A stretch of DNA of 64,000 nucleotides, taken from assembly GCA_964534625.1 (NCBI GenBank), contig CAZHRF010000001.1, positions 32,001 through 96,000 of the forward strand, written 5' to 3'. Of the stretch, positions 9,216 through 18,258 are shown piece after piece (position 1 is the stretch's first letter; every line of letters begins with the position of its first letter). Below the pieces are notes generated by a model. That model was not told the DNA's origin, made no database searches, and worked only from the letters and a program-made list of their open reading frames with translations. The position numbers and the translations under genes are program-made. Origin of the DNA: an uncultured archaeon. GTDB taxonomy: Archaea; Asgardarchaeota; Heimdallarchaeia; Heimdallarchaeales; Heimdallarchaeaceae.

Positions 9216-9802
9216 AAAAAATCACACAGTATGCGAAATCTTTAAAATAGTTTTTAAAATGTTGAAAAATAGAGAAATACAGGTAGATATATATGATAAA
9301 AAAATTACCATGGATTTTCCCGGGCATGAGAAGACCTAATTTTAATTTACACCGGCTTACATTTCGTATTCCGACAAAAGTTCCAAATAGTGTACTATAT
9401 GTGATTATATATACAATAATATTTTATATATACGCTGGTGGAGCTTACAATATTGTTAACAGAGACACTCTAATTAGCATTGGTAGTTCTGGAAGTCAAC
9501 CTGTTTTTATACATACCTCGGTTCAAGCTCAATTTTTAATTGAAGGCTTGGTTGCAGGATTTGTTTTTGCTCTTGCTTCTTTAAGTTTGTATCTGCTGGA
9601 TTATGCAACGAAATTCGCATTTGATGTAAATACAGCACAAAAAATAGAAGTTTTAGCTGCATTACTTTTGACTATATGGTATGTTGTGATCCTTTTAATG
9701 TATAATGCAAAAGGCTGATTTTAACTCTTCCTATTTATATAACAGAGTTAAATCACATCAGTTGAATTCCACTTAAGTAGGAACAGAAAAAATCACACAG
9801 TA
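9216..9802 (+). repeat. 16-bp direct repeat AAAAAATCACACAGTA flanking the OSTC-like gene
   Basis: Identical copies at 9216-9231 and 9787-9802. Confidence 0.6.
9293..9718 (+). CDS. OSTC/DC2-like (OST3/OST6 family membrane domain) oligosaccharyltransferase accessory subunit
   Basis: 3 TM, 141 aa; P..RRPNFNL, FYIYAGGAYNIV, QPVFI...VQAQFLIEGLVAGFVFALASLSLYLLD parallels the OSTC motifs GGIIYDVI / PVAFL..RVNGQYIMEGLASSFLF. Confidence 0.82.
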   Translation: MIKKLPWIFPGMRRPNFNLHRLTFRIPTKVPNSVLYVIIYTIIFYIYAGGAYNIVNRDTLISIGSSGSQPVFIHTSVQAQFLIEGLVAGFVFALASLSLYLLDYATKFAFDVNTAQKIEVLAALLLTIWYVVILLMYNAKG

Positions 9803-10150
9803 ATTTAGTTAAGAGGTATAGAAAAAACAATATAATATCTCCAAAGATGTGCTTGAAGTATCGTTTCTACTTACTGAAGTATCTTTTTTGTTTAGTATAT
9901 ATACTGTCTTATACTAATAAATCTTGTATGTCAAAGATCCCTCTAGACTTAATAGTGTTTTTTAGTTTAACAGAAAAAGTACTTCTTATTATTATCTTTG
10001 TTACTAAAATTTTATTGCTTGTTAGTTTAATGTCTATCTCTTATTATTTGACCAAAATAATTATATCTAAACATTTCAAAAAATATAATGCAAATTTTTT
10101 TAAGAGCTTATTCCTATTGTTTACATCATTAATAATATTATCATATTATT

Positions 10151-10834
10151 TTAATATTTTGATGTAATTCTTATCCCTTCTTTTGTGATGAAATATGTAA
10201 TTTCATCATTTTCACATTTTGCCTTCCATTTATTCTTACTAGGCACTACTTCTGATAAGAATATTGTTTTATCCACATAATACTCAAATGCTGCTTTTGC
10301 TACGGGTTTATATTCATATTTTGTTTTTGTTCCGCTTATTTGGTTACTTATAACGATGGATAGATTTTTGTTTTTTCTGATTTGTTTGAGATATGCAAGT
10401 TGCATTGTTATTAGTTTTTGTTTTTTGATAAAATTTGTGTTAAGTATGCTTCTATATTGTGTTGTTAATCCGTTTATTATTATAAGTTCTATATTTGATT
10501 TTGTTAAAAAGTTTTTGAGATTCATAACAATTTGAAGTTGTTTGTGTATGCTCTCAATTGGCATTAAAATAATATTTTCAAGTATTTCACTTTCGGAGAC
10601 AATATTATTTAATCTTCTTCCACTAAAATTTGCCTCACAATCCAATACACAAACTCTATCAATTTTTTTTATATTTGAACAAATATGATACAAAAATATC
10701 CTTTTTCCAGATTTTGGTGGACCTGTTATTTGTGTTATCCCTTCTGGTATTTTTTTGTTCTTAAATATATCTAAAAACATGATTGTCATTAGTAGTTGGA
10801 TACTAAAACTTTTTTGGTGGATTTCTATGTACAT
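10151..10834 (-). CDS. RadB/Rad51-paralog RecA-fold protein (start probably ~10780-10789)
   Basis: IPEGITQITGPPKSGKR (deviant Walker A), LDCEANFSGRRL, IIING (deviant Walker B), VISNQ. Confidence 0.85.
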   Translation of the reverse strand: MYIEIHQKSFSIQLLMTIMFLDIFKNKKIPEGITQITGPPKSGKRIFLYHICSNIKKIDRVCVLDCEANFSGRRLNNIVSESEILENIILMPIESIHKQLQIVMNLKNFLTKSNIELIIINGLTTQYRSILNTNFIKKQKLITMQLAYLKQIRKNKNLSIVISNQISGTKTKYEYKPVAKAAFEYYVDKTIFLSEVVPSKNKWKAKCENDEITYFITKEGIRITSKY

Positions 10835-10847
10835 TTTTTATTTAGAA

Positions 10848-10946
10848 TGGAGCCTCGAGGGGGAGTTGAACCCCCGACCTCTACCTTTTTGGAATCCATT
10901 TCGGATCTTACCAAGGTAGCGCATCTACCTACTGAGCTACCGAGGC
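10848..10946 (-). tRNA. tRNA-Thr(GGT) with 22-nt intron at 37/38 (10887-10908)
   Basis: Cloverleaf GCCTCGG...CCA, anticodon arm CTACC-TTGGTA|A-GGTAG, canonical BHB; extra U in the 3' D-stem strand. Confidence 0.95.
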
Positions 10947-11087
10947 TTTCTTGAAATCTACTTATTATTTCGTTTTTAAACGTTCCGTTTTTATCTATTT
11001 CCATACTCTTCAATAAAATCCTCAGAAGGCGAAAAGTCTAAATATAGTTTCATTTATTGGCAGTTAAATCAGTAACAGTGAATAATT

Positions 11088-12110
11088 ATGGGTAAAAAAG
11101 CGATTATATGGTTTCTGTTATTTTCATCATTGTTTATTGGTAACTTAGTACAAGTTCATGGGGCGAATTCTGACGAATATATAGTACTATTTGATGAATC
11201 TCACGGACAGTATTTCAATAGTACAAGAATGGAAACAGCTCTAAGTTATCTTAGTGAGAGTGATAATGTGAATGTTACTATTCTAACCCAAAATAATGGC
11301 TTTAACTCCACAAATCTCCAAGGTATAGACTTGTTAATTATAGCTAATCCTGGATCCTATGATAATTATAATTTGTCTTCAAGTGAAGTAGAATCTATCT
11401 TAGATTTTGTTGAACTAGGTGGCTCGTTATTTTTATTAACTAACCCCCTAAGTCATGATTCAAACATAACTGGAAATCCAAGAACATTCAACAATGATTT
11501 ATTGAGCGCTAGAAATAATTTTTTGACGCCCGCAGATTTTGATGAAAAGAATGGATTCCCATCCGTAATATCTAATGATTTTATTGCTCCTTTACAAAAT
11601 GAGAGTTATCTTTTACTGAATAATTTTGAAAGTGATTCTCATGAAATATTCAAAGAAGGATCAATAGATGAAGTGTTTTTGTACTCTTCTCCAATATCTA
11701 TGAATGGAGAACTCGATTCAAGTTCTATTGGACTTGTTCCTAAATCTTCTTATTCAATTTACTATGATAATACTTACAATTTCCCTTTCGACTCCTTAAC
11801 TTGGTTTTTAGCAAAGGAAATCGGTGAAGCAAGACTAGTTTTATCTGGTTCATCAATTATGTTTAGTGATTTAGATTCTATTTTTAATAACACAAAGTGT
11901 ATTGAAACTGCGAATAATAAACAATTATGGAAAAACACTGTTTTTTGGTTACTTGGTATTGATCTTTTAGAAGAAGAAGTAAAGATAGTCATTCCTACTT
12001 TTCAATATTTGACATTTTCGGTAATCGGTACGTCTATTGTCGTTCTTATAATGTCTTTACTTCTGTATAAATTTAAATTGGAAAAAACAAAGCCCATTGA
12101 CTTAAAGTAG
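11088..12110 (+). CDS. Type I membrane protein with GIFT/DUF4350 (GldG/IFT52/Wbp1-like) extracellular domain
   Basis: Signal peptide; IVLFDESHGQ, IDLLIIANP, FVELGGSLFLL, ARLVLSGSSIMFSD, NKQLWKNTVFWL; C-terminal TM with basic tail; several N-x-S/T sequons. Confidence 0.75.
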   Translation: MGKKAIIWFLLFSSLFIGNLVQVHGANSDEYIVLFDESHGQYFNSTRMETALSYLSESDNVNVTILTQNNGFNSTNLQGIDLLIIANPGSYDNYNLSSSEVESILDFVELGGSLFLLTNPLSHDSNITGNPRTFNNDLLSARNNFLTPADFDEKNGFPSVISNDFIAPLQNESYLLLNNFESDSHEIFKEGSIDEVFLYSSPISMNGELDSSSIGLVPKSSYSIYYDNTYNFPFDSLTWFLAKEIGEARLVLSGSSIMFSDLDSIFNNTKCIETANNKQLWKNTVFWLLGIDLLEEEVKIVIPTFQYLTFSVIGTSIVVLIMSLLLYKFKLEKTKPIDLK

Positions 12111-12333
12111 TTTTTTTCTTTTTGTCTTTATTCCTAATCTTTTAACTGGATGTTTTTATAAATTCTGTTTTAGTTCATTAAAAACACAGTCAGTCCATAG
12201 ACAATTTATTATATTCAGCCTAAAGTGGATTTAATTATTTACAAAACAAGACGATAACATGTTTTCAATTGAATTCCTAGTTTAGTTAGCGTTTTTTTTG
12301 GGGTATATATAATTCTCTCTCATTAGATTAATA

Positions 12334-13647
12334 ATGAGCAATAATAAAGAGAATCAAAGAAGAACAGATTTCTTATCTGTCTTAAAGAGAGGAGAACATA
12401 GAAAACTAATACTTTTGATTGAATCGTTGTTAGATGGTAGTTTGAAAGCGTGTGATTTTCGATTAGTTGTATCGCAATATTCACCGAAAACTGCGACAAC
12501 ACTATTTAGGGATATGTTACCTCGTTTTTCCTCTGATTTAAAAAAGAAATTGGGCATTATTTTTGAAAGGTTCTTTTTTTGTAATTCAAAAAAAAATGTT
12601 AAAACACTTTGGAAACTCGTTAACCATAGTACTTTTTGGACTGATTTGAAGAATTTTCATGATTACTCAACAAAAAATATAATTGACTATGGTGACATCA
12701 AATCCTTTTTGTCGCAAGCTTATAATAATTGTACTTATAAGCGGCCTTTAACTTATGTTCAACGTAAGCTAGTAGAATCACTTGAAAAAAGTCCTACTCT
12801 CACTTATAGTAAGATATCTGAAGAAATCCAAGTTTCAAAGAAGAAGCTTTCTTTTGAAGTTAAAAATCTAAGAAATAGAGGTATATTTTTGGGAAGTTTT
12901 ATTGATTATCGTAGTCTAGGTTTTTTTGAATATTTTACGTTCAATGAAGCATTAAAAGGCATTGATTCTATTTTACTGAAGAAAACTTATACCCTCTTTC
13001 CGAATTTTATATTGAACCAATTTGTGTGTAATAAATTACCTAAAGATACTTGTTATTACGCTATTGATAAAAAAGTTGTTATAAGTAATTCTGTCTTATT
13101 ATCTAATAATATTAATTTTGACCAATGTAAATCTGGTCTGCGTTTGAATCCTCCTGGTCGTATTACGTTCTCTGAAAACCAAGACATCGTTTGTAATTTG
13201 AACGTTGACAAACCCTATGGATTGGATCTGGTAGAGAATTGCAAAATAGATTTTCGGCATCCTGATTTCCAGTCTATTGCGAGTCGTTATGATGTTTCTA
13301 TTAGGACATTGATCAGAATGAAAAAAATGCTTATAAAAAACAAAGTCGTTCAACCACACATAAGTATTAAGGATAAATCACTAAGTAAAATTGTGTTTCT
13401 TTCGCAACAAGAGATTCCTTTCTTATATAATAAACTTCCTTATATTGAGGCTTATAAATTAAATTCAGGAAACAATGAGTCTCTTTGGCTTAGTATGGCT
13501 TTGATCCTCCCACATGACATTGGTCCTTTGCATAACTTTTTTAGAAAAAAGTCTGAAATGTTTATTGTTACCGAAGAAAAAGTTAGCAAAATATCAGCTA
13601 TTGACGGAATTTCTTATAACAATTATCATAAAACTTATACAAAATAA
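12334..13647 (+). CDS. Divergent Lrp/AsnC-like protein with two HTH modules
   Basis: PLTYVQRKLVESLEKSPTLTYSKISEEIQVS...IDYRSLG and FQSIASRYDVSIRTLIRMKKMLIKNKVV. Confidence 0.6.
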   Translation: MSNNKENQRRTDFLSVLKRGEHRKLILLIESLLDGSLKACDFRLVVSQYSPKTATTLFRDMLPRFSSDLKKKLGIIFERFFFCNSKKNVKTLWKLVNHSTFWTDLKNFHDYSTKNIIDYGDIKSFLSQAYNNCTYKRPLTYVQRKLVESLEKSPTLTYSKISEEIQVSKKKLSFEVKNLRNRGIFLGSFIDYRSLGFFEYFTFNEALKGIDSILLKKTYTLFPNFILNQFVCNKLPKDTCYYAIDKKVVISNSVLLSNNINFDQCKSGLRLNPPGRITFSENQDIVCNLNVDKPYGLDLVENCKIDFRHPDFQSIASRYDVSIRTLIRMKKMLIKNKVVQPHISIKDKSLSKIVFLSQQEIPFLYNKLPYIEAYKLNSGNNESLWLSMALILPHDIGPLHNFFRKKSEMFIVTEEKVSKISAIDGISYNNYHKTYTK

Positions 13648-13664
13648 AAAGGATTGTATATTGT

Positions 13665-15782
13665 ATGTCTAATAATCACTCTTTAAATGAGATTGTAGAA
13701 GCCATTGTATCTAAAACTAATTACTCAAAGGCTCAAATTCAAAATATGATTAATGAAAAAATGGATGAGTTTGAAGATTTAGTTACTGAATTAGGTGCAG
13801 CTCATATTGTGGCGAAAGAATTAGGTGTTACTTTTTCTACAGAATCGAGCTCTCAACTTGTTCCCTCTATTACTTCTATTCACAGTTTAACTCCACAGCT
13901 AAATAATGTAAGTATTCAGGGGCGTATTCAAAAAATTTATAGTCACATAACCTTCAATAGAAAAGATGGTGAAGAGGGTATTTTGCAACCCTTTTTAATT
14001 GAAGACAAATCCGGTTCAATTAGGGTTGTTCTTTGGGGAAAAAAAGTCTATGAATTTCAACAATCAGAGAGAGAGATTGGAACTCCGGTTAGATTAATTA
14101 ATGGATATACTAGAGAAGGTAAATATCAACCTATTGAATTTCATTTAAATGATCAGTCGCATTTTCAATTTAATCCTAGTGATCTAAATTCAAGCGATCT
14201 ACCTCCTGTAAATAAAACATATACAAAGATCAATCAAGTAAAAGAAAATAGTATGGATATTTCTCTTCGATGTAAAATTATTGATATATCTGAAGTAACT
14301 GAATTTGTGAGAAATGATGGCAGTAAAGGTAAAGTCCGTAATATTTTTGTTGGTGATGAAACTGGTCGGATAAGAATAAGTTTATGGGATGAAAAAACTG
14401 ATTTGATTGATCCAGACAATAATGATCAAGTTATATGTGTTTTTGGTATAAATGCAAAAAGGAACAATAAAGGATATTTAGAATTACACTCATCAAAATT
14501 GACCAATATAAAAAAAGTTAAACTTCGGGAGGAGGAGGATTTTCACATTAAAAAAGAGACCAAAACTGTTGTATCTCAACCAGAAGAAGTAGGTTCTCTT
14601 TCTAAAATCAAATATGAAAATAAACTTATTTCTGTTACTGGATTAATTGTTTCAATTAGACCCCTTCATAAATTTCAAAGAACTGATGATTCTGATGGCA
14701 TGGTCAGGAATATACGGCTATCTGATAGAAGTGGAACAATTCGTGTTGTACTTTGGGATGAAAATGCACAGAAGATAACCGATGCTAACTTAAATACGAT
14801 CGTTACTATAAGTGGAGGTTATACAAAAAAGAATCAGTATGGCGATATAGAAGTACATTGTGGCAATAAAAGTTTAATCAATACTGAAATATCTGAAACT
14901 CTCTCGAGAAGTAAATATGAGGTTGAATTTAAACCTATAAGTGATATATCATCAGAACTAAAGGAAGTACATATAAAAGGACTGGTGACTAATATTTATC
15001 CAATTAAATCTATTGTTACAAAAGATGGTAAGAATATACAATTACAATCTTTTCGATTAGCTGATAGTAGTGGTGAGATACGTTTAACTTGCTGGCGAAA
15101 CAATATTAAAAAGTTAAATAATATAGGTGAAAATGAGCATATAAAAATTTTAAATGCTAGGGTGAAGAGTAATGATGAGTATGGAACGGAACTAACAATA
15201 ACTGGAAAAACAATTGTAAAAAAAGTTGATGAAGTAGAACGAGAAAACTTTGGATTTATTTCAAGTGACTTGGTTAAAGATAATAGATCTGTTTATTCAC
15301 ACATTAAAAATATTGCCGATATAAACGAAAATGAGGAAGTAACTATTCAGGCCAGCATTGCAAAAGTAATAGACAGACCATTTGTATTTCCTCTCTGTCC
15401 CGATTGTAAAAAGAAATTACATGAAAATGAGGATGGTTTTGAATGTAAAACTCATGGTAAATTAGAGATACCTGAATATTTGCTTTTATTTTCTTTCATT
15501 GCTAATGATGGTACGGGCAATGTACGTGTTGTATGTGGTGGTTCTTTAGCAGAGAAGATTGTTAATATGAGTGCAAATGAAGCGGCAAGTTTTGTAAACA
15601 AGGAAGGTTCAACGCGCGCTCCTTATTTATATTTAAAGGAGCAAGATTTTGAAGATAATGAATATATAATTACAGGTTTAGTAAAAAATAATAGCTATTT
15701 CGATGCACTAGAATTAAAAGCAAAGGCAATTGATGTTATAGACTATACACCAATGACAAGGCAAATTATAAAACAAGTTTAA
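13665..15782 (+). CDS. rpa: Replication protein A large subunit (multiple OB folds plus Zn finger)
   Basis: Repeated D-x-S/T-G-x-IR-x-x-LW OB motifs; CPDC...CKTH zinc site; N-terminal LGAAHIVAKELGV. Confidence 0.93.
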   Translation: MSNNHSLNEIVEAIVSKTNYSKAQIQNMINEKMDEFEDLVTELGAAHIVAKELGVTFSTESSSQLVPSITSIHSLTPQLNNVSIQGRIQKIYSHITFNRKDGEEGILQPFLIEDKSGSIRVVLWGKKVYEFQQSEREIGTPVRLINGYTREGKYQPIEFHLNDQSHFQFNPSDLNSSDLPPVNKTYTKINQVKENSMDISLRCKIIDISEVTEFVRNDGSKGKVRNIFVGDETGRIRISLWDEKTDLIDPDNNDQVICVFGINAKRNNKGYLELHSSKLTNIKKVKLREEEDFHIKKETKTVVSQPEEVGSLSKIKYENKLISVTGLIVSIRPLHKFQRTDDSDGMVRNIRLSDRSGTIRVVLWDENAQKITDANLNTIVTISGGYTKKNQYGDIEVHCGNKSLINTEISETLSRSKYEVEFKPISDISSELKEVHIKGLVTNIYPIKSIVTKDGKNIQLQSFRLADSSGEIRLTCWRNNIKKLNNIGENEHIKILNARVKSNDEYGTELTITGKTIVKKVDEVERENFGFISSDLVKDNRSVYSHIKNIADINENEEVTIQASIAKVIDRPFVFPLCPDCKKKLHENEDGFECKTHGKLEIPEYLLLFSFIANDGTGNVRVVCGGSLAEKIVNMSANEAASFVNKEGSTRAPYLYLKEQDFEDNEYIITGLVKNNSYFDALELKAKAIDVIDYTPMTRQIIKQV

Positions 15783-15817
15783 TTACTTATGAATCATGTA
15801 TTATGAATTGTTTTGAT

Positions 15818-15895
15818 TGGTGCCCCGACCGGGATTTGAACCCGGGTCTGTGGAGTGAGAGTCCACAATTCTTGGCCGAACTATACTATCGGGGC
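15818..15895 (-). tRNA. tRNA-Glu(CTC)
   Basis: GCCCCGA...TCGGGGC-ACCA; anticodon arm GTGGA-CTCTCAC-TCCAC; GTTCAAATC. Confidence 0.97.
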
Positions 15896-15972
15896 TATAA
15901 TAACACAAAAAGTGAAGGATTTTTTAAGTTTTCTTTTTAGTATAGTCTATCAGAAATTTATGAAAATATGAG

Positions 15973-16818
15973 TTGATTAATATGCGTTATTTCATTAAAG
16001 TTTTTTATGATGGAACACAATATTTTGGATATCAAAGACAGCCAAAATTTCCTACAGTAGAAGAAAATATAATTAAAGGATTAAAAAATACTGGTTTTAT
16101 AGATTCAGCAAAACAGAGTAATTTTAAAAGTGCAAGTAGAACAGACAAACACGTATCAGCAATTGGTAATGTTTTTGCATTTAACACGGAGGATGAACCT
16201 CTTCTTGGTTTAATAAATTCAAAGATATCATTAGATTATTCAATTCTTTGCTGGGCTAAAAGTAAAGTTCCATCAACTTTATCGCCTAGAACTTCAATAT
16301 CCAAAAAATATTGGTATGTGCTTCCTTGGGAGTATCTGAATAATACAACTGATTTATCTATTATTCGGAGTTTATGTAAAAAATTTGAAGGTACTCATAA
16401 TTTCAAGCTTTTTTGTAAAAATGATCATCGTAACACAATTAGATCAATTGATCAAGTGAATGTGAAAAAATTCATGAACATTGTTATTTTTGAATTTGTT
16501 GGGGAATCATTCTTGTGGGCTCAAATAAGGCGCATAATGTTTTACCTCTTAAATTATTCCACGTTTTCTTCTAAATATCAAGACGTCGAACATCTCTTAG
16601 AAAAGCCCGAACAAGTAAAAAATTTATATTTAAGGTCTGCAGATCCACATTATCTTGTACTAATTGACCATTATTTTGAAAATATTGAATGGACTGTTAA
16701 TGACATAATTATTAATAAACTGAAAAAGATAATAAAGAATAAGTTACTTAACTATAAAAAGCAGTATTCTTTGTTTAACGCATTACATTTTCATGTTGAT
16801 AATTTTATTAAAAAATAA
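15973..16818 (+). CDS. truA: tRNA pseudouridine(38-40) synthase
   Basis: YDGTQYFGYQRQP, ASRTDKHVSA, GTHNF, SFLWAQIRR. Confidence 0.95.
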   Translation: MINMRYFIKVFYDGTQYFGYQRQPKFPTVEENIIKGLKNTGFIDSAKQSNFKSASRTDKHVSAIGNVFAFNTEDEPLLGLINSKISLDYSILCWAKSKVPSTLSPRTSISKKYWYVLPWEYLNNTTDLSIIRSLCKKFEGTHNFKLFCKNDHRNTIRSIDQVNVKKFMNIVIFEFVGESFLWAQIRRIMFYLLNYSTFSSKYQDVEHLLEKPEQVKNLYLRSADPHYLVLIDHYFENIEWTVNDIIINKLKKIIKNKLLNYKKQYSLFNALHFHVDNFIKK

Positions 16819-16833
16819 GCTGATTATCTTTCT

Positions 16834-17451
16834 TTATTTGAAAAATTGTGAAAGAAACGTACTGATGGCCACTATTATTATTAAATGAATAAATGAGATA
16901 ATTATTAACTGAACTTTGATTTTATTTTTATTAGTTAGTTTAAGTAAAAAATAATTATTGAGTACGTTAAACATCAAATATGATAAAGAAAAATAGTTAA
17001 TTAGAGAGATTTGAAACTCTTGAATTTGATAATTCAAAATTGAATAAAGAAATGAAAATAAAGGTGAAAAACCTGCAATAATAGCAATTGTTAGTGTTGT
17101 CACATATCTTATTAATGAGATTCGTTTTTGGTATATGGCAAGTGTATTTTCTTTTTCTTTCAAAGCTTTTTTTCTGTTTTTTATAAGATTTGATGTGATA
17201 TTGATATCTTTGATTGCATTTTTTTTCTTTGTATTACTTAATGAAAGTAGTAATGTTTGGATTAGTGGGAATTCAAAATCTATATCTTTTAATATTTCAT
17301 TTAAACTTTTCCCAAACTGTAATTTAAAAGTTAATTCTTTAGGTATGTATCTTGACAAAAAAAATGCGCCCTCCATATTTTCCTCTTCTTGAAGACTATT
17401 CAATAAGTCATCTAATATTATATCATCACTATGTTCTAATTTCATTTTCAT
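16834..17451 (-). CDS. TadC/FlaJ-like type IV pilus platform membrane protein (divergent)
   Basis: Helical cytoplasmic domain followed by 3 TMs; overlaps the upstream membrane gene in an operon with a VirB11 ATPase. Confidence 0.5.
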   Translation of the reverse strand: MKMKLEHSDDIILDDLLNSLQEEENMEGAFFLSRYIPKELTFKLQFGKSLNEILKDIDFEFPLIQTLLLSLSNTKKKNAIKDINITSNLIKNRKKALKEKENTLAIYQKRISLIRYVTTLTIAIIAGFSPLFSFLYSILNYQIQEFQISLINYFSLSYLMFNVLNNYFLLKLTNKNKIKVQLIIISFIHLIIIVAISTFLSQFFK

Positions 17452-18238
17452 TACCTATTATAGTTTTATTTTGTATGTATTGCAAAATATATGTACCAAA
17501 GAACCCATAAAAAACAGGAAAAAGAATGATTAAGAGGGAATCGTTGGGAACAACAAGTGATATGACCAAACTTAAAATTAATGGAAATAAGCAAGAAATT
17601 GCTATAAAAATGCTTATATTGTCTTCAATAAGAGCAATCTCTCTTTTTATATTAAGTAAAAACTCGGGTTCTGACTCAATTATTATCGTTTGTTTTTTGA
17701 TGTTTCTTAACATTCTTCTGTATTTTTCATTCAAAAAGATAGCACTTATCTCTTCAATTATTTGATCTTCTTTACTGTTCCCAATATTCAGTTTGAATAT
17801 TGCTTTTTGAAATGCTTTTTGATAATTTTCTTCTTCTAATTGATATTCGATAATATTTTCTAGTGCATGAGGAAATGAGTTTAAAACTGTCATATTAATG
17901 GAAAGGGAATTTAAAGTAAGAAATGCTTTTTCATCAAATTTTTGGTGTTTTTGTATTATCTTGCTTCTAGTATAATGAATGCAGATTAGCATGTTTAGTA
18001 TGCCCATAAATAATGAAAGAATTAGTGCATTAGCTATTTTCCATTTCAATAACTGTGTGAAAAAGATAAATAGTGTGAGTGTGATACTGCCTGAAATATT
18101 TCTGAATTGCATTAATCTTTTTTTATCTTCATTTGTGAAGAAATGTTTTGTCTTATTATTCATGTTTTTTACTGTTAAATACTCTAAAAAGGTTAATTCT
18201 TCATTAAAAATCTCTTTTAATTCATTGTCTTGTTTCAA
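17429..18238 (-). CDS. TadB/T2SSF-like platform membrane protein (divergent)
   Basis: TM pair, then AFLTLNSLSINM..NSFPHALENI (T2SSF-like), then a TM pair; directly downstream of the ATPase. Confidence 0.6.
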   Translation of the reverse strand: MKQDNELKEIFNEELTFLEYLTVKNMNNKTKHFFTNEDKKRLMQFRNISGSITLTLFIFFTQLLKWKIANALILSLFMGILNMLICIHYTRSKIIQKHQKFDEKAFLTLNSLSINMTVLNSFPHALENIIEYQLEEENYQKAFQKAIFKLNIGNSKEDQIIEEISAIFLNEKYRRMLRNIKKQTIIIESEPEFLLNIKREIALIEDNISIFIAISCLFPLILSLVISLVVPNDSLLIILFPVFYGFFGTYILQYIQNKTIIGNENEIRT

Positions 18239-18258
18239 GCAAATTTTCCTCCGTTTGT

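Noticed and set aside
9157-9339. 60-aa ORF
   Set aside because: Starts inside the MITE terminal repeat and overlaps the OSTC-like gene out of frame
9847-10167. 106-aa hydrophobic ORF
   Set aside because: Low-complexity AT-rich translation, no motif, and it overlaps the end of the RadB-like gene; probably spurious, though not excluded
10825-11013. Short ORFs over tRNA genes (also 26799-27068, 40974-41216, 47907-48089)
   Set aside because: They overlap clear tRNA cloverleafs
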